Below, in pieces: positions 11,845-24,523 of a stretch of 64,000 bases of DNA (position 1 is the first letter of the stretch; each line of letters starts with the position of its first letter). The notes under the pieces are model-generated. The model worked only from the letters and a program-made list of their open reading frames with translations, was not told where the DNA came from and searched no databases. The stretch comes from Podospora anserina (Eukaryota): positions 62,001 to 126,000 of the forward strand of contig JAFMPO010000001.1 in assembly GCA_017654855.1 (NCBI GenBank), in the 5' to 3' direction. The translations under genes and the position numbers were made by a program.

Positions 11845-13987
11845 ATCGAACCACGAGGTTGGCGAAGGGTCTGTCGAAGAAGAAGAGAACCTTGGCGGCT
11901 AGGTGATGTGCGCGACAAGACGTGGAGGCGGCAGAGGGCTCTTTTTTAGTCTGGGTGGGACGGAAGAAGCCAAGTTGACCAAGACGGCGAGAGTACGGGG
12001 AAAGGATGCACTTTTGCCATGATTAAGTACAGCGGGAGGGCTGCTGTCGGCATCTCGACTGGATCGCGGGCGTGGGCAACCAAGCATCCCAGAAATACCA
12101 GGGCGGAGGAGGTTCGGAGGCAAAATTGCTGGCAAATTCTGAAAGCCAAGACTCTGAATGTACGCCTGTTGGACGGGTTTAATCGCGTGACGCCATGTTC
12201 TGGGGTACTGTTAATTTATTTCGAGTCGGAGAAGGTTGCTCCTCGAAGGGAGGAACGTCGTCGTGGTTTCTGCTGGGCGGTTGCAGGCGGTTGCGGGTTG
12301 TAAGTGTCGCTCCACGGGGGAAGGGCGGGGCGGCGCATGGGAGAGCAGCGGTCTTCCTTCCAAGATGAGCGTCGACTTTAGCCGCGCATATTGAGGGCGG
12401 TGGGAATCTGGGCAAACAACAAATGCCAGAGGCCAGCCTCCGAGGGATAAATGGCGTCGGTATATTAAAAGATCGTGCACTATAGCCCAGGGAGCCGCAA
12501 CCCCGAACTTGGAACGGGAATTTCTCTCTACAAGAGCTTCATCAAAAAGGGGGGGGTTGCTTCCAATTCGTTTCATTACCACGCTGCTATTTCCAGGTTC
12601 ACACGTTGTCTTCTCCAGACACGTGGTGACGACGCAAGGGCGATGCGTGCGAATCATCTCGATTGTCAGCATCAACAACAATCGCCTCGAATCCGACTGG
12701 CTCGCCCTCGTGGCGACGACCCCCATCCAACCACCGTCACAGTGGCATCGGCCCCGAGTCTTGAACAAGAGGTCCCGGAGGCTGGATCCAAAAGGATACT
12801 ACAAAGCGTCTCATCTTCTTACATTGCCTTGCTTCGTTGTTCCCTTCTGCTTTTATCCATGCCTGCGACGTCAGCCACCACCCGGGCTCCCGCCATGGCG
12901 CAAGACAGACGATATCCTTCGAGAAGGCTTCTTCTGGAACCCATATCCCGGGTTCACACCTCTTGGCGGGATAATATCGACAAGCCGCTGCCATGTGGTG
13001 GCGACGTAGGTCCTTTGTGCTGCCCCATGGAGTAACGTGATGACCGCTGTGTTCTGGCCAACCGACTACGACTTTCCCTTTTCTCCTGGCGAGACTTCAA
13101 ACCTTGACGCTTGCTAACTGGATGGATACATGGTCGGTATATCTGCTTCCGAGAACTGGACATCCAAGTCACGCCTTGATGGATACATGCTACGTTGTTT
13201 GAGACTCCCTATCCGCGTCCTTTGCTAGTAGCTTGCTTACCCAAGCCCGTGGTACTTGGCTCATTGGAGACCAAAGGGCACTTGTTCAGGGGGGACAAAC
13301 GCACGTGTATTTGCGGACACCACGGATGATAAGAGAGCTGAGATTGGCAAGTCTGATGAGGTTGAGGTGCTACAGATCAGCAAATAACTCCTCCTGCTTG
13401 CTGGTTGATGCATTTTGGTAGAAAGTAAACCCATTTTGTCAAGGCGCCCAAGTTGCGAGTTGATGCGTCCTCTAGACAAGGCCTATGACCACTCTTTTTC
13501 CACCCGTTAATGCTCTCCCACTAGACCCTGTTCAACCCTTTCCCAGTCAGTCGAACATAATGTCTGGTGTGATAGATTGTGAGATATGTGGTAAGACTTG
13601 CCCTCTATCGTCCGCAGAAACACTTCTCGCTTGGAGAGCTGAGACTATCAGGAAGTTCCTCTCTTTCCTTAAACTTCAGCCTCAACGATTTCGTTCTCGA
13701 GAGCAATCTCTTGTTGTTGGGCGAAGTATTCGTGAATTGGCGTGAAGTGAAGCCATGCAACCAAGCCAGCATGACATCTCCGTGACATTACCTACACCTC
13801 GTGCAAGTCCCGCAAGTGGCCGTAATCAGGAGCAACCAAAGTGTGGGCCTGATGAAAAGGTGGCACCAGGAGGCCTGGGAGCGACCACAAAATGGGACTG
13901 AAGAAAGACGCGAAGGATGGTACGGCAACCGATACAACATATTTCTCTCTTCATTTCACATACAAATTGGAACTCTCTTCATAACAA

Positions 13988-14310
13988 GAGAGAACCTATA
14001 CGGAGCCCCCTATTTATCTTGTCAACACCCCGTTAATATAGAATTTAACTATATTACGAAGCATAATTATTGTGGGTTGAAAGGTATTTGATGAGATCTA
14101 AAGGATAATTCAAAGACGTTAAAAATAGTTAAAAGGGCTTAAAAGATAGTTCAAGGGCTTTAAAAGATAGTTTAAAGACCTTTACAATATAATTTGAACG
14201 CTTATTATTTTTCTTCTAAAGCCTTCTACTATATGATAAGAAAGGCAAGTAAACAGGTAGGCAGCGGGGCAGTAATAAGATAAATAAGGGGGCTCCGTAA
14301 AAGTTCTCTC
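13988..14310. mobile_element. MITE-like element with GAGAGAAC TIR (possibly Mutator-like) and ~5 internal 21-bp repeats
   Basis: gagagaacctatacggagccccctatttatctt is the inverted match of aagataaataagggggctccgtaaaagttctctc. Internal units such as ttaaaagatagttcaagggct. No clear TSD. Confidence 0.75.
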
Positions 14311-14975
14311 AAAATAAAAGAGCACCTCCAACCCGGCATATCTCACAGCACTTGGTTTTTTGATGTTGGGAAAAGCTTTTTTGAAGGACGATGACGAGGG
14401 GGGGTTTTATACTCCGAAGATACTTCAAGACATTGCTGCTGGAAAGCCACAGAATCCACCATATCTTACCATTTCAACCCGTCAGTATTGGAACCTTCTG
14501 GACTGACTCTGCGGTGTTACACCTAGGAGGGCCGATTGGGTAGTGGTGGGCGAGGAGGGTGAGGAGGCTACAGGTAGCACGCAGTTAGACAGCACTTTTG
14601 GAATCAAATCTTTCAACTGAACTCGACCGTCGTTAATCACGCTGAAGTGACCCCACACATGATTACATTATATCACAATTTGTCAGTGGCTCGGTGTATG
14701 AAACCCCGACTCGGCACGCGGAAGCCAACATAAATATGTTCAGACAAGAGAATCAAAGCTCTCTGGGCCCCAGCACACAGTGGCCTTGAGATCTATAAAG
14801 CTGCTCAATTTCCCAACCATTTGGGTCAAGAATTGGTTGCAGACTTGTACACCTTTCTACCTTGTCACACTGGAAAAGTCTCTTGAAAAGCATCGACTAC
14901 CTTCAAGTTCAATATTTGAAGTTCTCTAGACACATACAAGCACAACACCGACAATAACGACATTATTTTCTCACT

Positions 14976-15798
14976 TTGTACGTCAAAAAGTCTCACGAAA
15001 TGTGCCAAAAGCGCAGCATCAAGAAAGCGAGCAATTCGAGCAAAGGCTTGCTGTCCTCTCTCCTCACGACAGCCACGCCTGTCTCGTCAGCGTTCATCAA
15101 ACAGCCCCAGGCAGCATCATACAAGCTGGGACATTCGAGGTCCCTTTCACAGAAAGGCGGAAGCATGACCTCCATCAGCACAAGCCCCGAGACCGAGATA
15201 CCCGTCGTTCGGCCGTCTAGACCTCCCACCGAACAAAAGCGAATAAGGCCAGTAATCGCATTGTCTTCAAGCCCCGAATCGTCCCGCCGCTCCCCTGGCC
15301 GGCTGGTAAGCACCGGTTTTATGACCACCGACTCCCAACGGACCGCCAGCCGCTCCCCGCCACCAGCCAAGCTTGAACAGTGGGACAATGCCGATGTTGA
15401 AAGGCTTTCGCACTCGATATCATCACCAACAGTGCGGCAGCGCAGAATCCCTAACTCCGGCTGGTCACCCAACACCCTGCGTCGGTGCGACAGCCGATAG
15501 CTTGAGCGAGTTTTCTCCCTCCCGATCTTCCCTCTACGGCGCGGCAGCTTCGGAGCGGGCAGAGCTGCACAACGGGTCGCAGGAACAGAACGGCGGGGGA
15601 CCGGAGACTGAATCCAGGGTGGGTGACGAGAGAGGTCGAAGGGGGTGGCTAACAGAAGCTCAACAGCAAGAGTACATCAAGCGATCACGAATCCCGCTAA
15701 GACCAGACTTTCAGGTTCGGTTTGAGGGAGTGGCGTACCAGCAGATCATGTCAGGCTTTTCCAAGCAAAAGTCATTTAACAGAGAGGAGACTTGCTAG
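14976..15798 (+). CDS. Hypothetical S/R/P-rich protein; gene structure uncertain
   Basis: Overlapping ORFs with a possible GTAAGC..CAG intron at about 15306-15380; tataaa upstream at about 14794; no domain recognised. Confidence 0.3.
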
Positions 15799-16561
15799 AT
15801 TTTAGGTTTGGGCAAGCTCAGGAGCGGGCATTCCGAGGGCGGCGGCAGTGATGGCGAAGGCGGCAGGACCGGGGTAGAAGATCCCGTAAAACAAGGCATC
15901 GTTGGTGATGAATATGGCATGTGAAGAGAGTTTGTGAATGAGTACAAAAGTGCAGAAAGGAGAAAGACAGAATGGACTACAGTTCTGTGTCGGTGCCAAC
16001 AGCCCGCACATGTGTTTTGTCAGATGCGTCATGACAGGGCTGGCGTAAACTCAAGTTCAAAAGGTACCTCGGGTAGCGTGGCAATGGACTGGAAATACGA
16101 CGTCAGTCGCGGAAATAGGCCCTTGCACTTTCCTCGCACCAACACACCGATCCAAATAATCGCTGCTCTGGTCCAGGGTGCTCGCCCGAGCTAACAGCAC
16201 CTCGAGGTAGCTTCCGGTCGGGTTGCTAAAAAGCTGGCTGCCACACGGCTTCAGATCTCCTGTCTCCCACAGGGGCCCCAATGGGCCCCGTCATTCACAC
16301 TTCCAAGAGGGAGGGTCGGGTACCTAGTCAGTTTCCCGACTGACGAAGCTGGCTGTCGGACGGTTACAAAGAACGACTCGTCGACAAAGACACACGCCTT
16401 TTTTTTTTCTTTTTTTTTTTAAAAAAAAATTGTCGACAATCTTATTGTCAGCCATGGCATATTCCTGCAAATCCTACAATGCTATTGTCCCCCAAATCCT
16501 CCCTCACCCAACGGAGAAAGTATTTAACCATCATATTGGACCCCTTTCCAGGCAATATTTC

Positions 16562-16633
<72 letters not shown>
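16562..16633. repeat. (TCA)24 microsatellite
   Basis: Perfect trinucleotide repeat read directly from the sequence. Confidence 0.95.
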
Positions 16634-16635
<2 letters not shown>

Positions 16636-16731
16636 GCCAACTCTTCACTACCAACAACACAAACACACATCCACAAAACCAGTCGATCTTTTCCTACTCA
16701 ACCCACAAAACCACAACCAGTCAGGACAAAG

Positions 16732-17025
16732 ATGCCTTCCAACAACAACCACAACAACAACCCCTACTCCTCCTCCTTCTACAACCCAAACAACTCCTAC
16801 TCCACCCCCCAAAGGACCCGGCGCAATGCCGTCGTAGGAGTTGACTTCCTCCCTTTACCCTCCTCCACCCGCCGGAATGCATTTTCCGGACCATCCACCT
16901 CCACCACTAAAGCTACTGAATACAAGAGTAGCAGTGGCGCTTACTACCCATCTTCTTACACTTCTTACACTTCTTACTCTTCTTACTCTTCTTACTCTTC
17001 TTCTTCTTCTTCAAAGAAGTATTAA
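16732..17025 (+). CDS. Small N/S/Y-rich protein (97 aa) with two TRRNA motifs
   Basis: ATG in caaagATG context after a CA-rich 5' UTR-like stretch; C-ending codon bias. Confidence 0.5.
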   Translation: MPSNNNHNNNPYSSSFYNPNNSYSTPQRTRRNAVVGVDFLPLPSSTRRNAFSGPSTSTTKATEYKSSSGAYYPSSYTSYTSYSSYSSYSSSSSSKKY

Positions 17026-17120
17026 ACGACCTCGGTAGTTAGTTTACTCCTGCTTTGAACAGCAGGGGAGGTCTCAAAGGGGTAATACCAGGCCTGGGTT
17101 TTGTGGAGAGGTAACTAAAC

Positions 17121-17145
17121 AGAGAGAGAGGGGGGGAGAGAGAGG

Positions 17146-17195
<50 letters not shown>
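17121..17195. repeat. Imperfect (GA)n microsatellite
   Basis: Read directly from the sequence. Confidence 0.9.
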
Positions 17196-17197
<2 letters not shown>

Positions 17198-17934
17198 AGA
17201 TAGGTAATTAGAAAAGACACAGAAGCAAAGTGGGTTTGACCGTGGTGGTCATACTTTGGCGAGCCTCAGTAGCAGATTACTCCTGACCTTTTCTTTTCAG
17301 GGGAGGCTTCGTGTTCGTTGCCGATGGTGATCGATAATCACACCCTGTAAACCTAAAAATATGAAACCATTTTCTTTCTTTTCTTGTTGAAGTTTACCTA
17401 GTTCAATGATGCACATTTGACAATGCTATGGTTCCAGAGTCAAAGACTGATTCACGAAGTTCAAAAGCACAACAAGTAAGAGAGGTGATAATATTTTGAA
17501 TTTATTCATCATCCGCAGTCTCTTTTTGAGATCTGCTTCCGTTTCCAAAAACTATGAATCCAAGCCCTTCGTTGAGCTGATAAATAAGAAGTAATATATA
17601 TACCACAAAAGAAAAAAAAGTATCCAAGATCCACACCTTTTTTTGATGATCCCAACTGTTCAAAAATGATGATACAAACAACAAGTGAATGGGTATAATG
17701 TTGGGCGCAGGGAAGTCAAATCGCTGGAAGTTGCCAAACCAAGAAAAAAAACTCCAAAAACTCCCCGCTTAAATCCCAAAGACCCAAAACAATGCTGTGG
17801 TATCATGTCCCAAGAAATATATCCTCACAACGCCGGAGAATGCAATGCAAGAAAGCCAGCCACAAACAAGCCAATGATAAGCCTCCACTCCTTCTTCACA
17901 GTCCAACCAACCCCCCCTCTTCTCTCAGACAGCT

Positions 17935-19114
17935 CTAGTTCCAAACAGGAAGCTGCTGTGGCTGAGGGCCGCCTCTGCTCATCAAAAGCATCTCCAACCC
18001 CTCCATTCTCCCCCTCAGCGCATTGTTCTCCGTCTCCAGTCCGAGGTTTCTCCGCTCCAGTTGCATGATGTACTCGGTGGCTTTGGCCAAGATGGTGGCC
18101 TTGTTGAGCTTGGCCGCTGGGGAGAGACCGCCGAGGATCTCGTCCGCCATCATGTCGTCGGCGCCATTCTCCTCGTAGGCGCCGGGGTTCTCCATTCTCT
18201 GCGCCACGATGCGGAGTGCTGGGACGGCGTCGCGGAGCTGCGAAATCTTGTCGTTAAGGTTGGTGCGGTACCGCTTCTCGATCATGTTGTGGGCCGTCTT
18301 CTTGGGTCCGGCGGCGGAGTTGTCCTTGGAAGACCGGCGAGGGGCGGCTGCTGGTGGGGGGGAGGACCGCTTGGACGCGGGGAGGGGCTCGTCGTCCTCG
18401 GACGGGATTGAGGTCTTGCGCTTAAGGTTGCGGGATGGGTACCTCTTGGAGGCATCGTCCATGGAGGCAGCCATCTGGCGTTGTTGGGAGGGGAGAGGGG
18501 CAACCATGATGGGCGCCGTTTGGAAGAGGGGCGCTTGGCTGTCGATGCCTTCGGTGCCAATGACGGTGGCCATGGGGTTGACCGCGGGGCTTAGTGACGG
18601 GTTGCGGAGGTAGTTGTTGCTGGTGGCGTTGCTAGTCAAGATGGACCCGTCAAAGGGGTTGGTCTTGAACAGAGCTTCGGGCTCTGGGGAGTGCTCGATC
18701 CTGTCCCAGTCAACCCACTGGTCGGCAGTGGGGTAGCTGAAGGAGCTTGAGGAGAGAACAGGAGAGATGGGGGAGATGGGGGAGGCTGCCGAGTCCGAGT
18801 TGAAGTCGGTGCCAAAGTCCTCAAAGTTGTCAAAGATGGGTGAGAAGTCAGAGTATGATTGCTGTCGATGATGTTAGCTCTCCTGACCGAGACATGTATG
18901 TTATAGTTACACATGGGTATTTATGCAGAGAGTCCAGGTGCGTATTGAACAGGGGTAGGTAGGCAGCTACACCATACCCCGCACTGTTCACTGCTGGGAG
19001 AGAAGATGGTGAAAGACACAAGGAAAAAAGGTCACTAACAAGCTGGGCAGCATCAAAGGAGGTGGTGGCATATGGGTCGAATGATGTCGACGAGTTGATA
19101 GTTAGTCCAGACAT
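17935..19114 (-). CDS. SREBP-type bHLH transcription factor lacking transmembrane and regulatory domains; 1 intron
   Basis: [41 protein letters not shown], with the SREBP-diagnostic Tyr. Exon 1 MSGLT..AAQL joins in phase 0 through a GTTAGT..ctaac..CAG intron. Confidence 0.9.
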
Positions 19115-21615
19115 TGTTGGTGGTGTGGTGGTGGTCTGCTGTTGAGATAATGCTAGCACAGACGAAAGTGGCAAGTGTCAGTTGGGGTTGTCTGTTCGGG
19201 TGGTGTTGTCAATGACGTTGATGTCGATGGTGCTGGTGCTGGTGATGGTGATGGTCCGATTTCCAGCCTCAGGGACGGGACCTCGAGCTCTATTAAAGAC
19301 TGAAAATGCCCTCGCTTCGTCCCAGCAGCTCGCCGCGCGCTCGGCACTCTTCGGGCGCGCATTGCTGGGCGACACTGGGGAACATGGCCGTCCACGGTAG
19401 TGGATGGTGGCACAAATCGGACCCTTGGGGCCAAACTGACCATTTCCAGGTTGACGGTCGTACGAGAGCAAAGTGGGCAGATTCCCGAAGTGGTCCAGAC
19501 TCTGAGCCACTGAGGTGGCAGCTGCCAAAGGAAAACCCCGCAGCCGCAAAACGTGCAATGTCTCGGCACCACACTGCCAGCTGCCGTATGATTGGTGCGG
19601 AGCTCACCGGTGGGTGGCCTTGGCGCTCTTCTTGGCACCACCCCTTCAAGACCCATGCTCCCGCAGCTTGAACAAAGCCACAATTCGATGAATGCCCTTT
19701 TCACGTCCCGACTCTACCATCCAGGAATCCAGAATTCCATGGCAGCTCTAGAGGCGTGGTGGCATTTGACAGTTGATCCCGATACTTCACGACACCCCAC
19801 CCTTTTTTACCCGCTGAAGGCTCTTCCCAGCTGTTCCATCAACGGGAATTGCCTGTAGCGTCGACCGGCGCCTTGCCTGGCCGCCGTCATTCCAAGGCGC
19901 CCGTTGGGAAAAGGCATCCGGTGCAACGCGAGAAGGTTCCCCGTCCAATCTCCTCCCCGGGGCCACGCCTTGCTGTGAGGCATGAAGGCTCGTTGTCGAC
20001 TGTCATGGTGAGATGTTGATATGAGGCATCGACGATTCACAAGCCTGAAGTCCTTGGCTGGCGCAACAAGCACACCGGATCGCCTAGTGACGCTGGCCGC
20101 GGGGGAACATTTTACTAGGTAGGGGGCTATGGGTGGAAGAGCTGCGGGAGAACTACCAGCTTGAGGCGCCGTCCGGCAGTGAACGCGATACGCTATAGAG
20201 AATGTGGATTCTGGGTCGACTCTGGTTCGTGTTGAAGAAAATGGGTCGACTTTGCAAACTGACCCACTCACGTGGCCCGCAAAACATGTGACCGGACATT
20301 ACCGTTGGAGAAATTGTTAGTCAACATGTTCCCATGCACCCAATTTTGGTGCGATGGCGACCCCAATACTATCTCGAGAAATTATCGTGCATAGCACGAC
20401 TTTGCAAACTCCTCCGCGCAAGCTCCTTATAAGGGACGGCTTGGCTCTAAGAACCGCACGACAATAAGAGATGACTCTTCCCTTTTGCACCAGGCAATGC
20501 CACGCCGAGGCAATATCCTGCAAAGGATCGAGATCTGAGTTGATTTCAAAATTGTCTGCATTCTGGGGTATCGGTGTCCCTTTCGGAGGTCGATGCCAAG
20601 AAAACCGGTGCCCCCTTCCGGAGACGGGACTGGCAATTGAGAGCCGGAGGGTATCGGCGGCCAGGTTCCACCGAGCTGTCCCGACTGCCGGGCTTTCACA
20701 TGAAAAGCAGAGCTAAGGATTTTATCATTGGCCGCTCGCGAGATTTCAGCTCTCCTCCCTCGCCGGTTGGTGGGGGAATTACGATGTGGACATGCAGCTC
20801 TTCAGAAGCATCAAGTGCCGGCTCGGTAATAACCCCCGTTCCTGATCGACATCCTGTGCATGAACTTTGGGCTTGATGAAGCAGACCTTTTTCCTGGGCT
20901 TGCTGGGAACGCATTGACGACAATAGTATCCATCACAAGGGCCTGGCTGTCTGTCAAAGATGTTGCTTGGATCAACTTTAGTCCCGTACTGCTGGGTCCG
21001 GCTGGCGGAAGATCACCCAGGGTGGAGCTCTTAATGGTGATCGTCAGATCGGGTGGATCTTGAATGAACCGGCCCCCGTTTCTCGTTAGATGGTGGGGCC
21101 TGTCTTCTGGGGTTCAGATGGAGTCAAACAAGGCTGGATCGCCGGTTTGATGAATGGTTTTGCCGAAAGCCGCAACGTGGGTGGCCTCGAACTGTTGCAG
21201 GATGTGTTTGGAGTTTCGGTGGTTGTCTGGTGAAGTGCCTCGTGGTGGTGGAAGGGAGGTGACTGGTCAGGATCCTGGTGGTGGAGATCTGAGCCTCTGA
21301 GGTCGAGCAGGCACTTCATTACATCACTTCGGCACATCAAGCACGTGGTTGTTGGCAAAGACAACGTTCATCGATGGCTGATGCTACTACCCTGGGAAAC
21401 CAGCCCTATCGCTCTCAACGCCCGGTTTTCCCATGCCCTAGGAACCAGGATGCGCCGACTGAAAGCGATCAATTCGTTGAGCTAGAAACGGTGGAATCCC
21501 GATGCGCTCGTTGTGATGCAATCCAGGCTCTACCCTTTCCCCACGCCACCATCACTTCCCTATTCTACCAGGGAACCAGAGCAGTCCCAGGTAACAAAGC
21601 GATGGTTATCTCTGC

Positions 21616-22254
21616 CTAATAGCGACGGGTGAACAGGCTTCTATCGGTGGAGCGGCCAGGGCTCCTGGTTGTCGACGGGTACGAGTCATATCGACGAGAC
21701 GAGCTATAGATCTCCGAAGAAGACCTGATATCGACAAGACGCGGCGATGTGATACGCCGACTGGGGCTGCCAATCGAGCCACGAGGAGGAGTGCGAGGTC
21801 TGGAGATAGGAGTGCGGTACGTCGTGCGAGTCTCGGTGTAGCGGCTCACCGGGCTCGTAGGGTGGTACGTGGTAGTGCGACGAGCCTCGGTGATACGGGT
21901 CTCCTTGAAATAGGGAGAGGGGAAGGGAGCACGGCGGGAGGTGGAGCTAGGGAGTCGGATAGGGGAGCGATGTCTAAGAGGACTAGGGCTGATCCTGCGG
22001 GGGCGGGGAGCGCTAGTGATCCTGGTAGGGGAACGATATCTGGGAGGGCTGCGAGCGATTGTGGCGGCAGAACGATATCGAGTCGGGCTGGGGCTCAGCC
22101 TGCGGCTTCTGGTCGGGGTGGAGGTAAATCTCCGAGGCGAGGAGTTGCGCCGGTTGAAGTCCTCGACCTGCTCGTGGGCTCTCTCAGAGCGGCGAGATCT
22201 CGGAAACGGAGTTGAGCTCCGGTCCAGGTCGATGGTGATATCGGAGGCGGGCAT
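21616..22254 (-). CDS. Highly basic Arg/Ser/Pro-rich protein (212 aa)
   Basis: ATG in cacaATG context; many SPxR/RSP motifs; no known domain. Confidence 0.6.
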   Translation of the reverse strand: MPASDITIDLDRSSTPFPRSRRSERAHEQVEDFNRRNSSPRRFTSTPTRSRRLSPSPTRYRSAATIARSPPRYRSPTRITSAPRPRRISPSPLRHRSPIRLPSSTSRRAPFPSPYFKETRITEARRTTTYHPTSPVSRYTETRTTYRTPISRPRTPPRGSIGSPSRRITSPRLVDIRSSSEIYSSSRRYDSYPSTTRSPGRSTDRSLFTRRY

Positions 22255-23974
22255 TGTGGAGGTTGTTTGGTGCGTTGTGCGCTTCTTACTGAATTGTTTG
22301 GTGGTTCGAGGAAGTTGTTGGTAGAGAAGACTCCTGATGAATATATACTAGAAGTGTAACCCTCCACGACAGAATACAGCGGACTGAAGAGCAACAGAAG
22401 GTCACCCACTTATCAAGTGGAACCTCATGACGCAGGTCCATGGTGATACTGGAGGTGTGAACACAACAGATTGTGAAGCAGCTTCTAGATGCTCTATCCT
22501 GCGCCATGACGCAAGCTCCCCAACGCGTAAGTGGATACAACATATCCCAGAGAACCGGTGAGGAGGCCTTGCCTATTACAGGATCGGATTCTGGCCTCGT
22601 GGGATCTCGAGACCCGGCGGGACTCGGAGATTGCCCTATCTTGCAAGATAAGACTTCAGACTATTCACTTGAGAGCCTCATCATCATCCAAAAGAGCGTT
22701 TCGAATCTAGCTCCAATGACCGGTGCCCGGACACATCTGATATGTTGGTAACGCACCCGACAACTTTGATACCGCGCTCAAAGAAGCGTGGACAATGACC
22801 ACCGCGGCCAACCAAATCTCTCACTCGTGGCCCAAACCGCGACCAACCTCTTTATAAGCGCAATTTCCCCTGCAATATTACATTTCCTTTAACAAACCAC
22901 TTCTATTGTTTTTTACACCTCAATACAGCATCACATATGGAGCTCTGCCTTTACCAAAGCAGCCGCCGGGCTTGCCCCTCCCCCAATCGTCACCGTCGCA
23001 GTCTCATTCCCAAAGACGCTTTACTGGTGAACGCCTGCCCCGTCAACGCGTTCGAGAAGAACGCCTCCATAAGGAGTATCTAGACAGTAGAGAGAATATC
23101 ACCGACGCGGTAGATACCTGCATCGCCACACCTCACGAGGGCTCCTCCCCGCCGTCGCAGAGGAAGATCCATGTCGTCAAGTGATAGGAACCGGGAAACA
23201 GAAACTTGGATTGACCGAAGACGTCAGTACTACACTGATATGGAAGGCAACCCGGCGTTTGTGGTTGATGCCATTGCTGTTAGCAGTGGTGATAGCGCTG
23301 AACAGAGGGGCGAGAGACAGAAGACGGGCGGAAAGGGAAGCGGCTTGAAGAGAGCGAGCGGGAGGCGGCGTCGGGGTCGTCTGTGCCGAGAGGGGTGCAG
23401 GAGTATTCGCATGATGGCTTGGATATGCTTGATCGGCGGTCGTTGAGGAGGATAAGGGGGTGGGTTGGTTGATGAGTTTTGATCCGCTTAGGGGCTGAGA
23501 GAGCCTCGAAGGCGGTAGGTTCTCTGGGTGATGGTCAAGTATGGTGGTGGTTGAGCATGTGTTTTTAGAGTAGAGTAGGGAGAGTTGAGCTGGACTTGAC
23601 GATTGGTGAGCAATGAATGACTGTCAAGAGCAGATTAATAAGAGAAAGATTGTGATGTGGCTATTACAAAAGAAGATTGTGATGGTGTGACAGTTCATCG
23701 CCCAAACACAGCCGTGTAAACCATGTTTACACCACATCCATTCTCAAAAAAGGGTTAGTTCACCAAGCAACAACCCCCTCTTACTAGGGTCATGTTAGAA
23801 AGTGGAGCCCGGCCCCTGAAACAATGTCATAAAGGTTCCGGCGCAGACAAAACATGGCAAGCAGACGAAAACATTGGAAGAAAGAAATAGGTGTTATGTT
23901 GAAATGTTGTATTATTGATTATAATAGGAAGCAAACCTGCGCAGAAGAAAAGATTAGCACACGATATACGACAC

Positions 23975-24523
23975 TTATACCACCCACTCCTGAGACTCCT
24001 CCCCCTTTTTATACTGACGTGCAAGATTGTCAACCGCCTGCACCCTTCTCAAAGCCGGAGTGCAACGAGAATGATCAGGTTGGGGAGCACGCTGAGGCTG
24101 CCAAGTAGTGATGGGAGCGGCAGCTGGAGTTGGATGTGGGATATTGACAATGCCAGGTTGTTCACCCCTCGCAATGCGTGAGACAAAGGAAAGAGGGTGA
24201 TGAAGAGAGGAACCGGCAGCCTGTCCCTGGGAAGGTTCAGGAGATGTGCGGTCAACTATCTGTGGTTGTCTCTCAACAGTTTGGAAAGGGGGGATATGGG
24301 ACCGTCTGATCCGCTCGTCATCTTTACTGCCAGTGAGCAAATCCAGATAAAGGGCACTCATATCATGGAGATTTTCAGGAAGATCTCCCGGGAATGGTTC
24401 CTTGCCCTTTGGTTCCGTAGGCCGAGGCTTGATCTGCTCCCAATCACCAGAAAAGGGGCCAAGAATTGGCTGCTCGCTGGGAGCGCTGCTGCCAGCTTGG
24501 CTTGATCTGCTGGATTGGGACAT
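23975..24523 (-). CDS. Hypothetical protein
   Basis: 182-aa ATG-initiated ORF; no domain recognised. Confidence 0.35.
   Translation of the reverse strand: MSQSSRSSQAGSSAPSEQPILGPFSGDWEQIKPRPTEPKGKEPFPGDLPENLHDMSALYLDLLTGSKDDERIRRSHIPPFQTVERQPQIVDRTSPEPSQGQAAGSSLHHPLSFVSRIARGEQPGIVNIPHPTPAAAPITTWQPQRAPQPDHSRCTPALRRVQAVDNLARQYKKGEESQEWVV

Noticed and set aside
12200-13800. Several overlapping 60-190 aa ORFs
   Set aside because: No domain, codon signal or consistent splice structure that I could support.
16430-16844. Poly-His or poly-Ser proteins
   Set aside because: Translation artefacts of the (TCA)24 microsatellite.
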